Positions 30,969 to 44,580 of a DNA stretch of 64,000 bases are shown here, piece by piece. Numbering within the stretch: the stretch's first letter is position 1; each line of letters starts with the position of its first letter. Made by a program: the position numbers and the translations under genes. Source of the DNA: Macrostomum lignano (taxonomy: Eukaryota); contig NIVC01002068.1 of assembly GCA_002269645.1 (NCBI GenBank), positions 124,001 to 188,000 on the forward strand. The letters run 5' to 3'. Under the pieces are notes generated by a model that was not told where the DNA came from, did not search any database, and saw only the letters and a program-made list of their open reading frames with translations.

Positions 30969-33900
30969 CTGGAATGAAGAAATGGGGGGAATTTTGTAGT
31001 GCTCAACGAGTTCCGTAGGGTAAGGAATCTAAAGACACCACTATAGAAAGGACTCTGAAGACACCACACTCTGAGAAGGATCTGAATACACCACTCTCGG
31101 GGAAGGACCCTGAAGACACCGCTCTCTCAGGAGGCTGAAGACACCGCTTTCTGAGCAGGACTCTGAAGACAATACTCTGAGAGAAGGAACCGGAAGAAAT
31201 CATTGTGGGAAGGACTTTGAGGACACCAATTTGGGAAGGGAGGACTCTGAACACAGCACTGTGGAAATGACTTTGAGGACACCAATGTGGGAAGGACCTG
31301 AAGATACCAATTCTCTGAGAAGGACCCTGAAGACACCACTGTGGGAAGGAATCTGAAGGCACAATTTTGAGGATTCTGAAAAATCCCACTGGGATGAAAT
31401 AAGATCAGTAACTTCCCTCAGCGAAGAATCCCAACTTCAATTAAGCCTTCCGGAATACATCTAGGGCAATAACGCCTATTAACTACCACGTATTAAGTTG
31501 TAATCAACAACCCCTTGAATCTCACTCAGCATGTCCAGGTATTCCGGTCTTGGACCAGGTGCTCTCGCCGGCGAACCGACACTCGAGTCTGTATTCGCCT
31601 TTTCATCAATCGCCTTCATCGAGTGCATCTGGGCAGCTCCATCAGCAGCAACTAGCGGTTGCGGGTCGTGAAGCTCAAACAGCATGATTGGTGCGTTATG
31701 CGTCAGCACCAGCAGGTCCCGACCATCTTCCCCAACCAAGCAGAGTCCGAAAGGATCCGACTCAAACAGGTAGTTTGCAACGCGGCGTCCATCACTGATT
31801 ACATAGACCTGGAGTGCAGAAATTAAACGCAGTCATTGAGAAAAGGCATCTTTAGATCGGATTCTTATAAGCGTAAGCATTAAAAGATTTGCCATTCCCA
31901 ATAACAATCGTTGCTAATCTCACCTGCAAGCCTCGAGGCGGAACAATTGCGAACATGTCCGAATTGTTCATGGATTCGTCATCGAATACGGCGAACTCCA
32001 CCTCGTAGGCGGGAAAGTACACCTGGCCAACAAGCAGGCTGCAGTCTGGCGTGGCCTGCAGTCTAACAAAGTACAAGTCCTCGTCCTGGCTGAGACAGCG
32101 GATCACTTCGCCTTTCATGTAGTCCACAATTTGAAGCTTGTAGTTGACCAGGTGCTGGTTGTCGTGGAGGAAGGCCACTGCGGGTCCCATGTCGAACACT
32201 TTGCCGATGGAGTGCTGGAACTGCATCTCGCTGGTCGGAGTTCCTTTCTCCACGTCGCTGTAGTCGAGGCGCACAACCGCGCCGAGCCAAATCGGAGGAA
32301 CTCCGACGCCGACGCGAATCTCCTCGGACGCTTTGAGGTGTTGGCTGAAGGCCAGGTTGAGCGTGCACTTCTCTGGCAGGAACTGAATGTCGACAAGGTC
32401 ATTGCGATTATTCAATCGCTTTTTTAGAAACTTTTCTTCCTTCGCTTTCTTAGCCGCTTCCGTCAGCTCTTCTTCATCGCCTTTGGTTTCGGTTGAATTC
32501 TCTTCCCTGGTCTCCTGGTTTTCGGAAGGCTCCTTCGTCTCTTCCTTCTTGTCTTTCTTCCTCTTTTGCTTTTTACTGCCTTTCTTCTTAGATGTCGCCT
32601 TTAGACCGCCATAAATGACCTCTGAAAACTCTGAGAGCCTGTCTAGCTGAATCCACGCTGTGCAAACTCTCTTTGAAGCTGTACTGAACGTGGCACTTAA
32701 GTGAAATTAAGCACTGTCGAGATTCATCAAGAAATCCTAATTCTAGAGAATTTGATCCATGCGAAATCGGAGTCTGGGCGAAGATGTTGTTCTTTGAGAT
32801 ACGCAGTGAAGCCTGTAGTTCCATTTCTTTGTCACTCGATTCGTTTTCTGCGTCGACGTGAAATTTGAACTCGACCCCTCCAACTGATTTGGACTTACGA
32901 CTTTGAAGGAGTTCCTCCTTTGATGTGCTACCAAAAACTTTTTCTACCAGCTGGTTGCTGATCACTGAGATGCCAACAGAAAAAGGAGCTTTCGGATCGC
33001 GGCGAAGCTCAATAATGGGAGGTTTATCCGACAGCCTGAGCGTCTCTACCTGATCGTCTTCTTTCGAGTCGCGTGAAGAGGACTTCTTAACCACCAGTGT
33101 CCGAGTGTTCAATGAAATCAGAGCCTCATTAGTGCGAATGTCAACCGTGTGACAATCGGTGAGCGCTGTCGCATTCTTACACGGCTTGAACTGAGTATAC
33201 ATTGGAAGCAGTGCATCCTCTTCGCTGTGGTGACTAAGCTTGTCGGTGAAGTGTTTCAAATTGTACACCTTAGTCATGATGAACATTCGCTCGTCAGAGT
33301 CGCCAGCAGACTCGTCAGGAAAATGGCAGATAGTGAAGAAGTCCGTGCCTTTCGGCTGGCCACAAAGAAAGCTTTCGGCCGTTCCCAGGGAGATTCCTTC
33401 CAAAAGTTCGCCAGTTTGCACGGACCACACAAGTAGAAGCACCTTAGAACCAGACGTAACTAGCAGTCGCTCGTCTTCGGTAAATTTAGCCTGCGTTCCG
33501 TCACCAAAACTTGATGCAGCCTTTTTGAACTTGTCTTGCTCAGGTGATATTGTCATCCCAACAGCGCGCTTTTCGTCACAGTCATACAACAGACCGCGAA
33601 GAACGCTTGTTTGACCGTATAATCTGGACTTTCTCTTCAGAAGGAAAGTCATTCGACGACGACTTGGGCTTACGAAATTCTGACTGTACTTTATATCGAA
33701 GCTTTCCTGAAGGTCCACAATACAAATGGGCTTGAGGCTGTCAGAGATGGCGAATGTAACGAAAAAAGTACTGTCTTGCTTCCCACTGCCTTCTTCAGCA
33801 GATTTTGTTGCGTTTACAATAGCAACGATGTTTCCCTCATGATCAATGAGACAGGAGCTAGCAGAAACTTCTTCAGCTTGCTGAAGTAACTCGATGGTCT

Positions 33901-36900
33901 TCGATTTCAAGTCGGCTTCACTCGCTGCCGGACTTTCGTCCGCTTTTGTCTTCTCGTCATTTTCATCCGGTGTCTTTTCTTCTTTCTTATTGTCAGGTTG
34001 CTTTAGTGGTGAGTGGCGCCACATGGACTCAAGTTCCGCTTTGTCAGCTGACTTGAAGATGTCAGGCAAAGAACCTCGAACGATCTCTTTCGTGTTTAAG
34101 TTCATGAACACGAGCAATGTTGAGTGGTTGCTGCCTGCCTCGATCCCAAAGCACAGCAAGTTGTTTTTGCTATCGAGGTTTTGGGTGCCGATTCTTGACG
34201 TTCCGCTTGTATTTTCTTCATAAAGCGCAACAAACTTCTTCTCTCCGAGTGACAGCAGTCTAAGAGTGCTTGTTCCCGTTGAGTCACTCTTTCCCTTGCA
34301 ACAAAGCACATAGTCCTTTGTCACATATTCTACGTCATCAGATGACACACTCCATGATGGGTCCAGAGTCATCAGTTTCGTCACCCTGCCGTTCATGAAG
34401 TCGACTCGAACGAGATCTTGCGACTTCTGCGCCTCTTCCTCTCCAGATATCATCTTCTTCATCATCCCGTCTACGTCCAGCTTCTCCATGATGCTGTCTG
34501 GAATCTCTCCAGCGTTGAGCGATTCCATCATGTCTCGCAGCTCTTGCGGCACATCCTTGTTGCACGCTTCGTATTCTTCGATCTCCTCTTGGATCTTCTT
34601 CCGACCCATGTTAAGGACAAGCGCCTGCATGTCGTCCTCGGTGACACCGGCATTCTTCGAGCGCATCGATAGCACGTGCATTACGCAGTCGCCTGGGATG
34701 TATCCAGTCGACATGTACTTCATGCTGAGGAACAGGTTGTAGTCGGAGCTGAACCGTTTGATCTCATTTCCCTCGATGTCGTACCAGGTGACTTCGTTGT
34801 TGATGAGTGAGAAGGACACCAGCTGACCGTTGGGCATGACCAGTCCCATTCCGAGTCCGAGATCAAAGCTGGAGTAGAGAACTCCAGACCCGGAGTCGAA
34901 GCACTGCACCTTCGGGATGAGGCAGCAGTTGCTGAGAGCCTGTTTCGACTGGCGACACTGGTTGAGCAGCAGCTTCACTCGAGGACAGTCCTTCTCGTAC
35001 ATGATGAGCCGACCGATGAGATCAACGCTCAGATTGACAGGGTCGTATACGAGACTCTGAGCGGAGAGTCGGATTGCATTGTACACGAGCTCGGCCTCTT
35101 TGATGTACTCGACACCGAGCTTCTGCGGGAGGTCGAGGTCTCTCAGCAGCAGGTACCGAGACGTGCCCTTCAGCTTGTTGAACATGAAGTCGTAGTCAAA
35201 CACAATGTAGTCGTAGAACTCGTTCACTCGACCGGACTTGATGAGGTGCCACGGCAGCTCGTTCAGCTTTCGCAGGTTGTACTGAGCAGTGCCGTCCTCA
35301 TCTTTGCGGAGCACGAATGGCTGCTCGGGAACGGCTCGGTCCTCCATTGAGAACTCGGGCAGGTTCTGGAGTGAGAACGAATGCATGAACGGCTCAGTAA
35401 GTCGGTTCAGAGAACAGATCAATTTCAGTGCTCATCACTTACGAGCTTCTTGCGCAGATAGGCTGGGTACACGAACTTCTTTCTCCTGCCGCTCCACAGA
35501 CCCAAGAAGTAGTCTGCCATGATAGAGTGAATGTCCCGTCTGGTCTTTTCGTCCGACAAGAAGTACTCCTGAGCCACCTCGATGAACTGTCGGTGGTACC
35601 AGAACACTACCCGGATGTTGTCCGCCTCTCTCTCGACCAGGTAAGAGCCAATGTCGTGACGCAGTCGAGCCCAGCAGATCGGCGGGATGCGGATGAAGGG
35701 CGGCAGGTGATGCTGAAACACGTCAATGAGGACGGCGTCATCCAGACTGAGCAGATCCTCCAGCTCCGACTCTGACAGTCCGTTTCTCGATGCAGTGATA
35801 AATGCCAGGGCGTGAGAGGTCTGGAAAAACAAATGAGCAGAGAGAGTCATTCTGACTAGAATAATCCAATCACTGTAGATAAGTGGATAGTTGTGGAATA
35901 TTCTCACTAGCCTGGGCTACAGTAACTAACACGAACGAAATACTTACAAAAAGCCTGCCGTGCTTCAACTCGAGTTTCTCGAACAGCTGAAATATTGCCT
36001 GACGAACGGTGTAGCGCAGAGACGACTCATCTACCTGTTGGTAAGAGCGCCATCTCAGAACCTCGTGGTACAGCAGGTGAACATAGATTGGCAGTGAGCA
36101 CTTGGAGAATGCCTGCTCGACCAGAGCCCATTGCTGCTCGTTCAGAGTGCGACCTTGTTCGCTGAGCAGAGCCGACAAAATGCTGGTGCACAGACTGGTC
36201 TCCAGTGGCGTCACCTCCACGTAGATGTCTGGGTTAGGCAGCTTCCCTTTGAATGTCTTCAGCAAATCGAACATGTTGGGCAGAGTGGACACAACCATCT
36301 TCACGTTGGCAGGCAATGGCGTCCGCACCCACGTCAGATGGTAGGCACCGTCAGAGCTGTCCAGCTGATCAACACTGTCAAGGAACACCAAGATTCTCCT
36401 GAACTGGCCCATGCGTTCGAGCATGGAGTAGAAGGTGTTCAAGATCTCCTTGAAGTCGTCGAGTGACTCGCACTTTTCCTGGTCGTCCTCGTTGCCGAAC
36501 ACAGCGAGCTGACGGCACAGATACTTGAGTGTCTGTCGAATGCTCGACGTACCGGGACTGGTGCCGAGGAATCGCAACAGCACGATGGCATCTTTGGAAT
36601 CGGACTCTGGCAACCAGCTTCGCACCAGACTGGCGGCCTTGCCAAGTAGAGAGGTCTTGCCGCTGCCCGAGTCGCCGTACACCACCAGAGGCTCCGTTGT
36701 GTTGCTCGCTTGCACATAAGCTTTCACCTTGTCGATGATCTCTTGCCGACCCTGGAACTTCTTCACGTAGTTGACGCATGCAGTCGAGTGCTGCAGCACC
36801 TCCGAGTAGAGGTCGTCCGATCGGAGCCGCATGCTCTCCCGCACGGATTCGGCCACGAGGCGCTTCACATTATCGCAGTAGTCGCTGCCAAACTTTTCCA

Positions 36901-38120
36901 GATAGTCTTTGTGGCTACTCATGCCCACACCCTCAGCGTCATTGGTCCATTTTAGTGAGTAAGTGAAGGAATTGGATCCCGCCATTCGAGTCAGAACGTG
37001 TCTGTTCAACTCCTTGACCATCGCGTTCACAGCTTCATCAAGAACCTTTACTGCCTCGCCATCTTCGTTCAAAGAGTCGGTCAGGTCGATGAACTTGAAC
37101 ATCTTTCCTCGAGAGAAGTCGCGCTGAGACTCCAGATCAGAGAATTCTCTCACGAATGCGAGAGCCTGAGCCAACTTTTGCGGAGGTTTTGACAATATTC
37201 CGCTGATCACCTCCATCTCGGTGACAGACGCCGTGAACTTCTTCATTGTCGCGTGCGAGATCAAAGTCTTTTGAAGACACAACTCGGCACCTCTCTTCAT
37301 GAGTCCGATGATGGAGTCTTGGACAGCTTCCCACCGCTGTCGAGCAGCTTTCAAGAGCTCCTTGTCCGCCTGGAACAATGAATTACGAGATTAGAGGTTA
37401 TTAAATTTATCCTTTTGCAAACTCTGAAAAACAAGCGCTGCATTAATCGTTAAAAATCACACTTACCGCCTCTGCTAGAGTTGCAATCGGTCTCAGCACG
37501 CAGATTGGTGGCTTGTTGTTCTCATCGATCGTGTACCACTCGTGTAGACACGAGACGTCGCGTCCGTCCTCCTTCAACGCTTCCACGATGTTGTTGAAAA
37601 CGTCGACCTCGACAAGGGCTGCAGGCGGCTGGTTGCCATAGCGCTGACCCAGCAGACAGATGAAGTAGGGGCCGGCTGACATGATGAGCGAGTTGTCGAT
37701 CTCTTGGTAGCACATGTACGGACCCTGGTGGTCGAGCTGTACCTCGTCACCGACTCCCCATCGCATGTCGATGGTTTGAAACTCGAGTCCGAAGGAGTCG
37801 CGGCAGAACTTTTTCAGCCTTGGATTGACGTGCTGCATGAGGTAGTTGCGCTCCGTTCCCATGTCCGAGAAGGTGGACGACAGGAAGATGCGCACGACGC
37901 GGCTGTTCATGATCGGCAGGTCGTCCAGACGGCCTTTCATGACTTTTAGGTAGACTGCTAATGGGTCAAACTCGGTGAGCGCTCCTATCATTTCCGAGTG
38001 TTTGGTCAGCCGTTTGTGCAGCGCAGGCCGCTTGGCTGACCGCACTGGCCGCGAGTGGCGGCTGTGAGCTGAGCCGATCCGTTCGGCCCCTCCCACATCG
38101 GAGGGCTCTCGTGAATTCAT
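30844..38120 (-). CDS. NWD-type STAND protein, copy 2; exon 4 frameshifted at ~32620-32670 as assembled (pseudogene or assembly error)
   Basis: Near-identical to copy 1 at an offset of ~30.08 kb with the same splice sites; ATG at 38120; the exon 4 ORF stops at 32588 and resumes in another frame. Confidence 0.82.
31020..31375. repeat. Degenerate ~21-26-bp tandem repeat (GAAGACACCACTCTGAGAAGGACCCT-like) in the last intron of NWD copy 2
   Basis: Read directly. Confidence 0.75.
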
Positions 38121-41100
38121 GCAAAGGTTTAGTAGCTGTTATTGATTTTTAGATGGTAAAACAGAGGAATTAAAGAATTTTAAAATAGTTTGCCAATCTA
38201 CGATGGAAATAAAGGTTCAAATGGTTTTCCAATTTTATAAGTCTAAAATATGTATTTTTACTAGGTTCACGAGTGGATTGCACAGTTCGAATGTTTGTTA
38301 TTTGTATTAGCTATTAAAATTCTGTTTATCAGATACCTACTTAGATCCTATAAGGAAATTTTAGTTATCCATAGTAATTATCTAGATTAAATAGATTTAT
38401 TATGGATGAGCTACTTTTTCTCGCAGCTCCAAGGAAGACATTAAAAAATTATGCATTATATGTACTTAGTTAAATTGAAATTTGTCAAATAATATGATTT
38501 TTGTATTACCTGCTTATTATATCTAAATTTTATGTTTCAAGGCAAAAATCTATGGAATTGAAAAGGAAAAATTAGATTTTAAAAATATTTCTCTTAATTT
38601 ATTTTCTCTTAATTTTTAAAAACAAAATATTGGTGTTGGAATCTTTTGTAATTAACACGAGAATTTTAGTAAATGCTTTGGAACGAAAGTAAATTTTAGA
38701 TAGTCTGGTCCCTTCTGTATTCGACTTTAAAAGCCAATAAAAATTTTCTGAGCACAATTTTTTGTGACAGTATAATTAAAATTAGTTAAAGTTAATTCTG
38801 GTTCTTTGAATTATGTCAATTGTTTTGTTGTACATAGATAAACTGTTGCAGTAAAAAATATGAGTTAAATATGATTTAAATCGATTAAAGGCAAACTTTC
38901 AATACTTAAATTGATGTTTTTGTAAGAAGTAACAATATTCTTTTTTTAAGAAATAAGAAGAATTAGGAAGTGAGAAAAACTGCAATCTATAAATATGATA
39001 AGACTTCGTTGACCTCGATTACGACTTTACTTGGATTTCAAAATAGTAAACCTTCATGGTTACTTGTTGTCATTAGTTTTACAGGAGGTCTAAAAGATCG
39101 TTGTGAAAAAAAGTGTAATATTTATCTGCATTGCACTGTTATTGAAATTTTTACTGTGGTTTCCCCATTATCAAACTAGTATTTTTGTTATAACTAAAAC
39201 AAATGTTATTGCGTATTGAAAAACCCCTTTCCACAGATAATAATGCTTTAATCAATACAATACTGCTGGACGGACAATACAATGCAATACTGGAGGACTT
39301 GTAGAACTCACAACATTAATAAAAAACTCAAATGATCAATATTGGGCTTTTATTCTTTTCAACAAAAATTTGTTTGCATTTTGATGATTTTCACGTTATT
39401 GGCGTAGAGGCTATGACCCTTAGAAGGGCCGTTTTACGAGTTGTCGTAAGTCGTAGTCCCAAAATGAATCGAGTCAAGTCTTGAGAAGCGGATTGTGTAG
39501 CGGAGCACTTGGCGTACTAGGCAGGTAACTGCCGTAGTTGTTTTATTCTTGAGATCAATATTCAAATTGGTTAATGTTAATACAGAACTTATTGCGCTTT
39601 TGGGACACTGGCGGCTGCAATAATGGTTTTGAATTGAAGGTGAATTAGAAATTGTAGTCGAGTGGTAGGCGAGTGATGCAAGGCGATGCAACGTGGTGAG
39701 TAACGGCGATGAGCACAGCAATGGCGGATGCGTAGTGGTGAGATTGGCGTTAGCCGTGGCAGACAGTGGCAGGCAGTGTAAACAGGCTGGCCCAGACACA
39801 GGAGCCGTGGCGAGAGATAAGGAGGCAGACAGAAGGCAGGAGAAGGGGCAGAAATGAGGAGCCCGCCGCCAGGCGGGGGTTAATAAAGAGCGCAGAGGGC
39901 TAGCAAAATACACGCGGAGATTTTTCATTGGCTGGCGAGAGAACTTGAAATTATCGATCGTGCCAAAATTCACAGACGAGCGCAAGGCCTACCAAATACA
40001 CAGTGAATTAGCAGTTGATACAGATTATTTGCACGCTACTACAAGTAAACGTTAAAATAAACTATTGGAGAAATTAAAACGAGAAATTGCAAGGGAAACT
40101 ATAGTCCAACGGCCCTTTTGCGGGACCACTTAAACTAGCAACGTCACAATGATGTCATCTTTCATTCGGGCTTATATTTTTGCATGCAAGCAACCAGTTT
40201 TTAATCCTTTCTTCACTTTATGAAAAATTGTTAGGAATATATTCAAACTCGCATTTTTCTTGCATTTTCATGCATGTATAAAACCTACTTTCACATACCA
40301 CTTAATGCATTTAAAGAAGGCAGCTTATAGATGCGACTTTACGTTAGTGATCAATTGTCAATCAATATATACATATATACATGTACAATAACAGTTAATT
40401 TTTCTCGCAGTATTTTGTTATTTGTTTATTTAGCTCATGGATTTGGTTTTTTGCAGTAAAAGCTGAAACTATATGCCTTCTTGTTTGAAGTGTTTAGACT
40501 TTTATGCCGTGTTTTCACGTTCATCCGCGTAAATAAATTATTTTCGCTTCGCAATTCGAAAAAAACAAATCGCTTAAAACAAGCACATTTTATTAACTTT
40601 ATGATATGGTACCTGAGTGTCAGATCGGTGTGAAATATACATGTAATCGCTATATGATTAAATAGATCACTAATCGATACTATCACTTGCCTTGTAGTAC
40701 ATGTAGTACATGTAATGGCCGCGCCCATATACTGTATGGCTACGACTAGAGCCCTTGGCAATAGCGGCCTTTGTACTGGTGCCCACGGCGCTTTCCACGA
40801 AATCATAAATCAGCGTAACATGGCTCATCTGGCTTTGACACCCATGCTAATTAAATGGCGCGTCACCTGCTGGGTCAAATCGTCGTCTCTATGATGGCTG
40901 CTACCAAGGAGAGAAATCCTGGAAATTTAACACAGAGCACAGGCTAAATTTTTCTACAGGGGTGCATCTTCATGTCGGAGCTATTATAGTGCCTCCACGT
41001 ACAGTCAGTCAGCCTTAAATGCTTTCAACCCAAGAGTATCGCATGCAGCTCTGTACTCGCCACCACTCAGATAACAATGGAGCCTATTCAAGCTGAGCCA

Positions 41101-41206
41101 GCATTTTCACTAGCCGAATTCAGTTTATACATCTTATTTAACCCACCCATCTCTGCTAGATTTAATCTTCTATGTTGTACGCTTAAGCACACTTTATAAA
41201 AGTAAG

Positions 41207-43770
41207 GTGTGCTGCCGACGGGTTCTAGAGAGAGAAAATAAAAGTTGTGTAGCCTCAAAAGACGACTCTAACTCGACTACAGTCTCACGCCAGATAATGC
41301 TGGCTGCACCAGTGCCAAATCGACCCTCGACATCCATCGGCCAGCAGAGGCCAACATCTACAGAGGCTGAGCCGCAGCACAGGGCAACGTCCTCTGTAGG
41401 CGTCCAGGATCGATCGAGCTCGCAAAATGCTTCTACTAAAAGCGATGCCAATTCAGCGTCAGTGGCCACCTATCCTAAATCTACCAACGCTAAATCGCTG
41501 TCATCAAGTGCCACCAAAGGCGATTCAAAATCGGATGTCCAACGAAGTCACAGTCGGGCAGCTTCTGGCATTTCGCGGGCTACTGAGCCGCAGTCTGGGA
41601 GCGGCACAGGCGGCGCAGTTCCTGCTAGTCTTCAAACACCGAACCTTCCGCAGAGTCCGGCTAAACCGGCGCAGGGCAAGGACGCTGTCGACGCTAAGGA
41701 TAGAAATGTTTCCAAAGGCGGGGAGGTAAGAGTAACTGATTTGTCAAGTGCCACACCGACAGAACGGAGTGACACCTCTGTGACGGACGAAGACGTTTTT
41801 GCACCTGTTGGCGAGCAAGTGCAAACGATCGACTTCACGAAGATACTTACTCAGGGTATTCCGGTAACCAAGAATGAGCAGAAGAAGAAATCTAATTTAA
41901 TCGGGTCGCTAAAAAAGCAAGTGAAGAACTTCTTTCATGAGGACAGATTTGGACAGATAACAGACGAGCAGGGCAACGTTGAATTACCGATGGACCCGTA
42001 CTTGCAGGCCAGAGATGATCACGACTCCGGCCTGCTGCCGAGTCAGCGGCTGTTCCGCCTAGCCAGATACGAGCAGCTGCAGCTACAGGATCGCAATCTC
42101 CAGCACAAGCAGCGGTTCAAGCACCTTCCAACTCCAGGTGAAAGCGTCGATGACTACGAATTTGCTTGGCTGGTTAAGCTCCAGGCTCAGAGCGCCGCGC
42201 CAAGCGCAGAAGACGGTTGGCGCAGCCGTGGTCCCCGAAGCAGAATCGGCTAGACCAGCCTGATGGCGTGATTTCTGATGAAAACGAGGACGAAAATCAA
42301 GGCGGAGATGAGCCTGTTGAGGCGACGAAAACAATTGGCAACACGCAATCGTCGAAGGTTGGGACGGACACTGTGGACTTTAACCAGCGTCTAGAAACAT
42401 CGCTTGAGCCAGCTAAGCATGGATCGCAGGGAAAGCGCAGCGAATACCAGAGAGAATCTGAGCAAGAGAAGGCACGCAAAGCACAGCTGCTCAGCCTCTG
42501 CGGCCTCGTGGCAGCGCCAACTTCCGAAGTCTTAAGCCCAGAAGAGCAGGAAGCACGAGACAAGCTCTGCAGAGAGCTTCGCCAGGATTTCGTTGATGGT
42601 AGCGATGGCAGGTATCCATGCGATTGCTGCGAGTTAAAAGAGGCATCAGCTGCCAATTCGCCCTTCAATAGTGTTGCAAAGTACTACGATCTGCTGTTTG
42701 CGCGCAGGAAGAACGACAGCTTCACGGTGCGATTCGATCTGGTGCACTGCCTGCCCAGGTTCCTGCTGCACTACAAGTTCCACAAGCAGCTGTACGACTG
42801 TCTGGACGCAGAGGAACGGCAAGACCTTGTGAAGGCGGCCACGGACATCACCACAAGCTACAACCTTGGCCACTGCACGCTGCAGGTACCGCACGGAAAG
42901 TATCGCACCAATGCCTACCCGGCGTTCTTCGCTTACATCATCGTTCCGGACCACACCAAGTACCTGGAGATTTTCGAGGTCTGCAATCCGCCTGTAAAGC
43001 CGGGCGTGCGCCAGAAAAAGAGCAGCTGTGCGATCCCCAACTGGCCCGACAAGAGCTACGTGACCGAGTTCTGGACCTACTCCAAGGAGAGCTCGAGCTC
43101 GAGCGACAAGGATCCCCGTCTTACAATGAAGCTGTACGAGAAGAACGTGCTTCGCAGGCTGCAGCTGGTCAAGATGCCGGAGCTGCTGGTGACGCGCCGG
43201 AACCCGCCGTCGGAAGTCGCAAAACGGAAGCCCGCGAAGCGGTTGCGGGGAGAATTCGACCTGTTTGAGGACTTTTTGCTCATCCCGCACCAGGAGCAGC
43301 CAATGCTCGGTTTCGGCTCACTTGAGCACCCAAAGCACGCCTTGGAATCGAGATCACCAGAGCCAGACATCAAGTTTCTGGACCGCCTGCTGCAGGCGAT
43401 GAACAGCTACGTCAGGCAGCACCTCAACACCCGACAGAGGCGACTGGATGGTAGGGAAGACCTGAGCTGCACCGTGAACCTCAGCCTGCACCACAGCTAC
43501 GCGTTCAAGGGCCACCAACGGGTCTACGGATTCATCGGCTTCCCCCCAGCCTCCACCTACTGGGCGGCTCTGAAGCAGGAGCAACGGAAGAACGCCGCCC
43601 TGGCGGAGACGGCCGTCACCAGGAGGACATCCGGCTTATGCGTGCTGCAACTGCCAAAGCGAAGTCAAGCATCGACAACAAACAGGACCAGAATGATGAA
43701 ACACAAACGCAGACCAGTGCTGACCGGACGATTGACGGGCATGACAACGAGGACATCCGAGAGAAGTTGA
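41207..43770 (+). CDS. Unknown, apparently intronless protein (Ser/Thr-rich disordered N-terminus, globular C-terminal region); apparent frameshifts at ~42220-42260 and ~43605
   Basis: Two overlapping long ORFs (348 and 517 aa) with coding-like GC3 bias; no domain recognised. Confidence 0.6.
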
Positions 43771-44237
43771 AGTCATGCAACTTTTTGTGACACAATGGCG
43801 CATGAATAAAGCATTACGTTTGCACGTTGATATGCTCTTAAACCAACTCAAGGCGTATCACAAAACGGTTTGCTTATTATTATAAAAAGGTTGCATGCAC
43901 AGATAACTACTCGGACTCTGATATCAGACTAACTTGGATATTTTATTCAGATAATATGCTTGTTTAGATATTGAAGTTCTGAACAAACGATTTCATTCTA
44001 AAATTTTCAACTCTTTTCAACCCAACTAATATAGAAAACTTTACCCAGATGCATGCAGTTCAATTTAGCGGGAGAATAAAGCTATTGAAGACTTGCTTTC
44101 CATTGTCCAAGGAGAAGGAGACTTCTTGAACTTTGCGGTATACTAGCAGGTTGACCCGCTGCTCGGGTCCTAAACAATTGTCTGAGCAAGCACTTTTCTT
44201 GCTGTTTGACAACTCACAAGAAGACAGAAAAATCAAC

Positions 44238-44580
44238 CAGAGACAACCCGCTAGGAAACAGACACATGAAGCAGAGACAACCCGACAACCCGCTAGGAAA
44301 CAGACACATAAAGCAGAGACAACCCGACAACCCGCTAGGAAACAGACACATAAAGCAGAGACAACCCGACAACCCGCTAGGAAACAGACACATAAAGCAG
44401 AGACAACCCGACAACCCGCTAGGAAACAGACACATAAAGCAGAGACAACCCGACAACCCGCTAGGAAACAGACACATAAAGCAGAGACAACCCGACAACC
44501 CGCTAGGAAACAGACAAATAAAGCAGAGACAACCCGACAACCCGCTAGGAAATGAAACAGACACATGAAGCAGAGACAAG
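44238..44580. repeat. 42-bp minisatellite (AAACAGACACATAAAGCAGAGACAACCCGACAACCCGCTAGG) x~8
   Basis: Read directly. Confidence 0.95.

Noticed and set aside
39425-40120. Possible MITE bounded by AAGGGCCGTT / AACGGCCCTT
   Set aside because: Only a 10-bp inverted match and no TSD found; cannot be supported without other copies.
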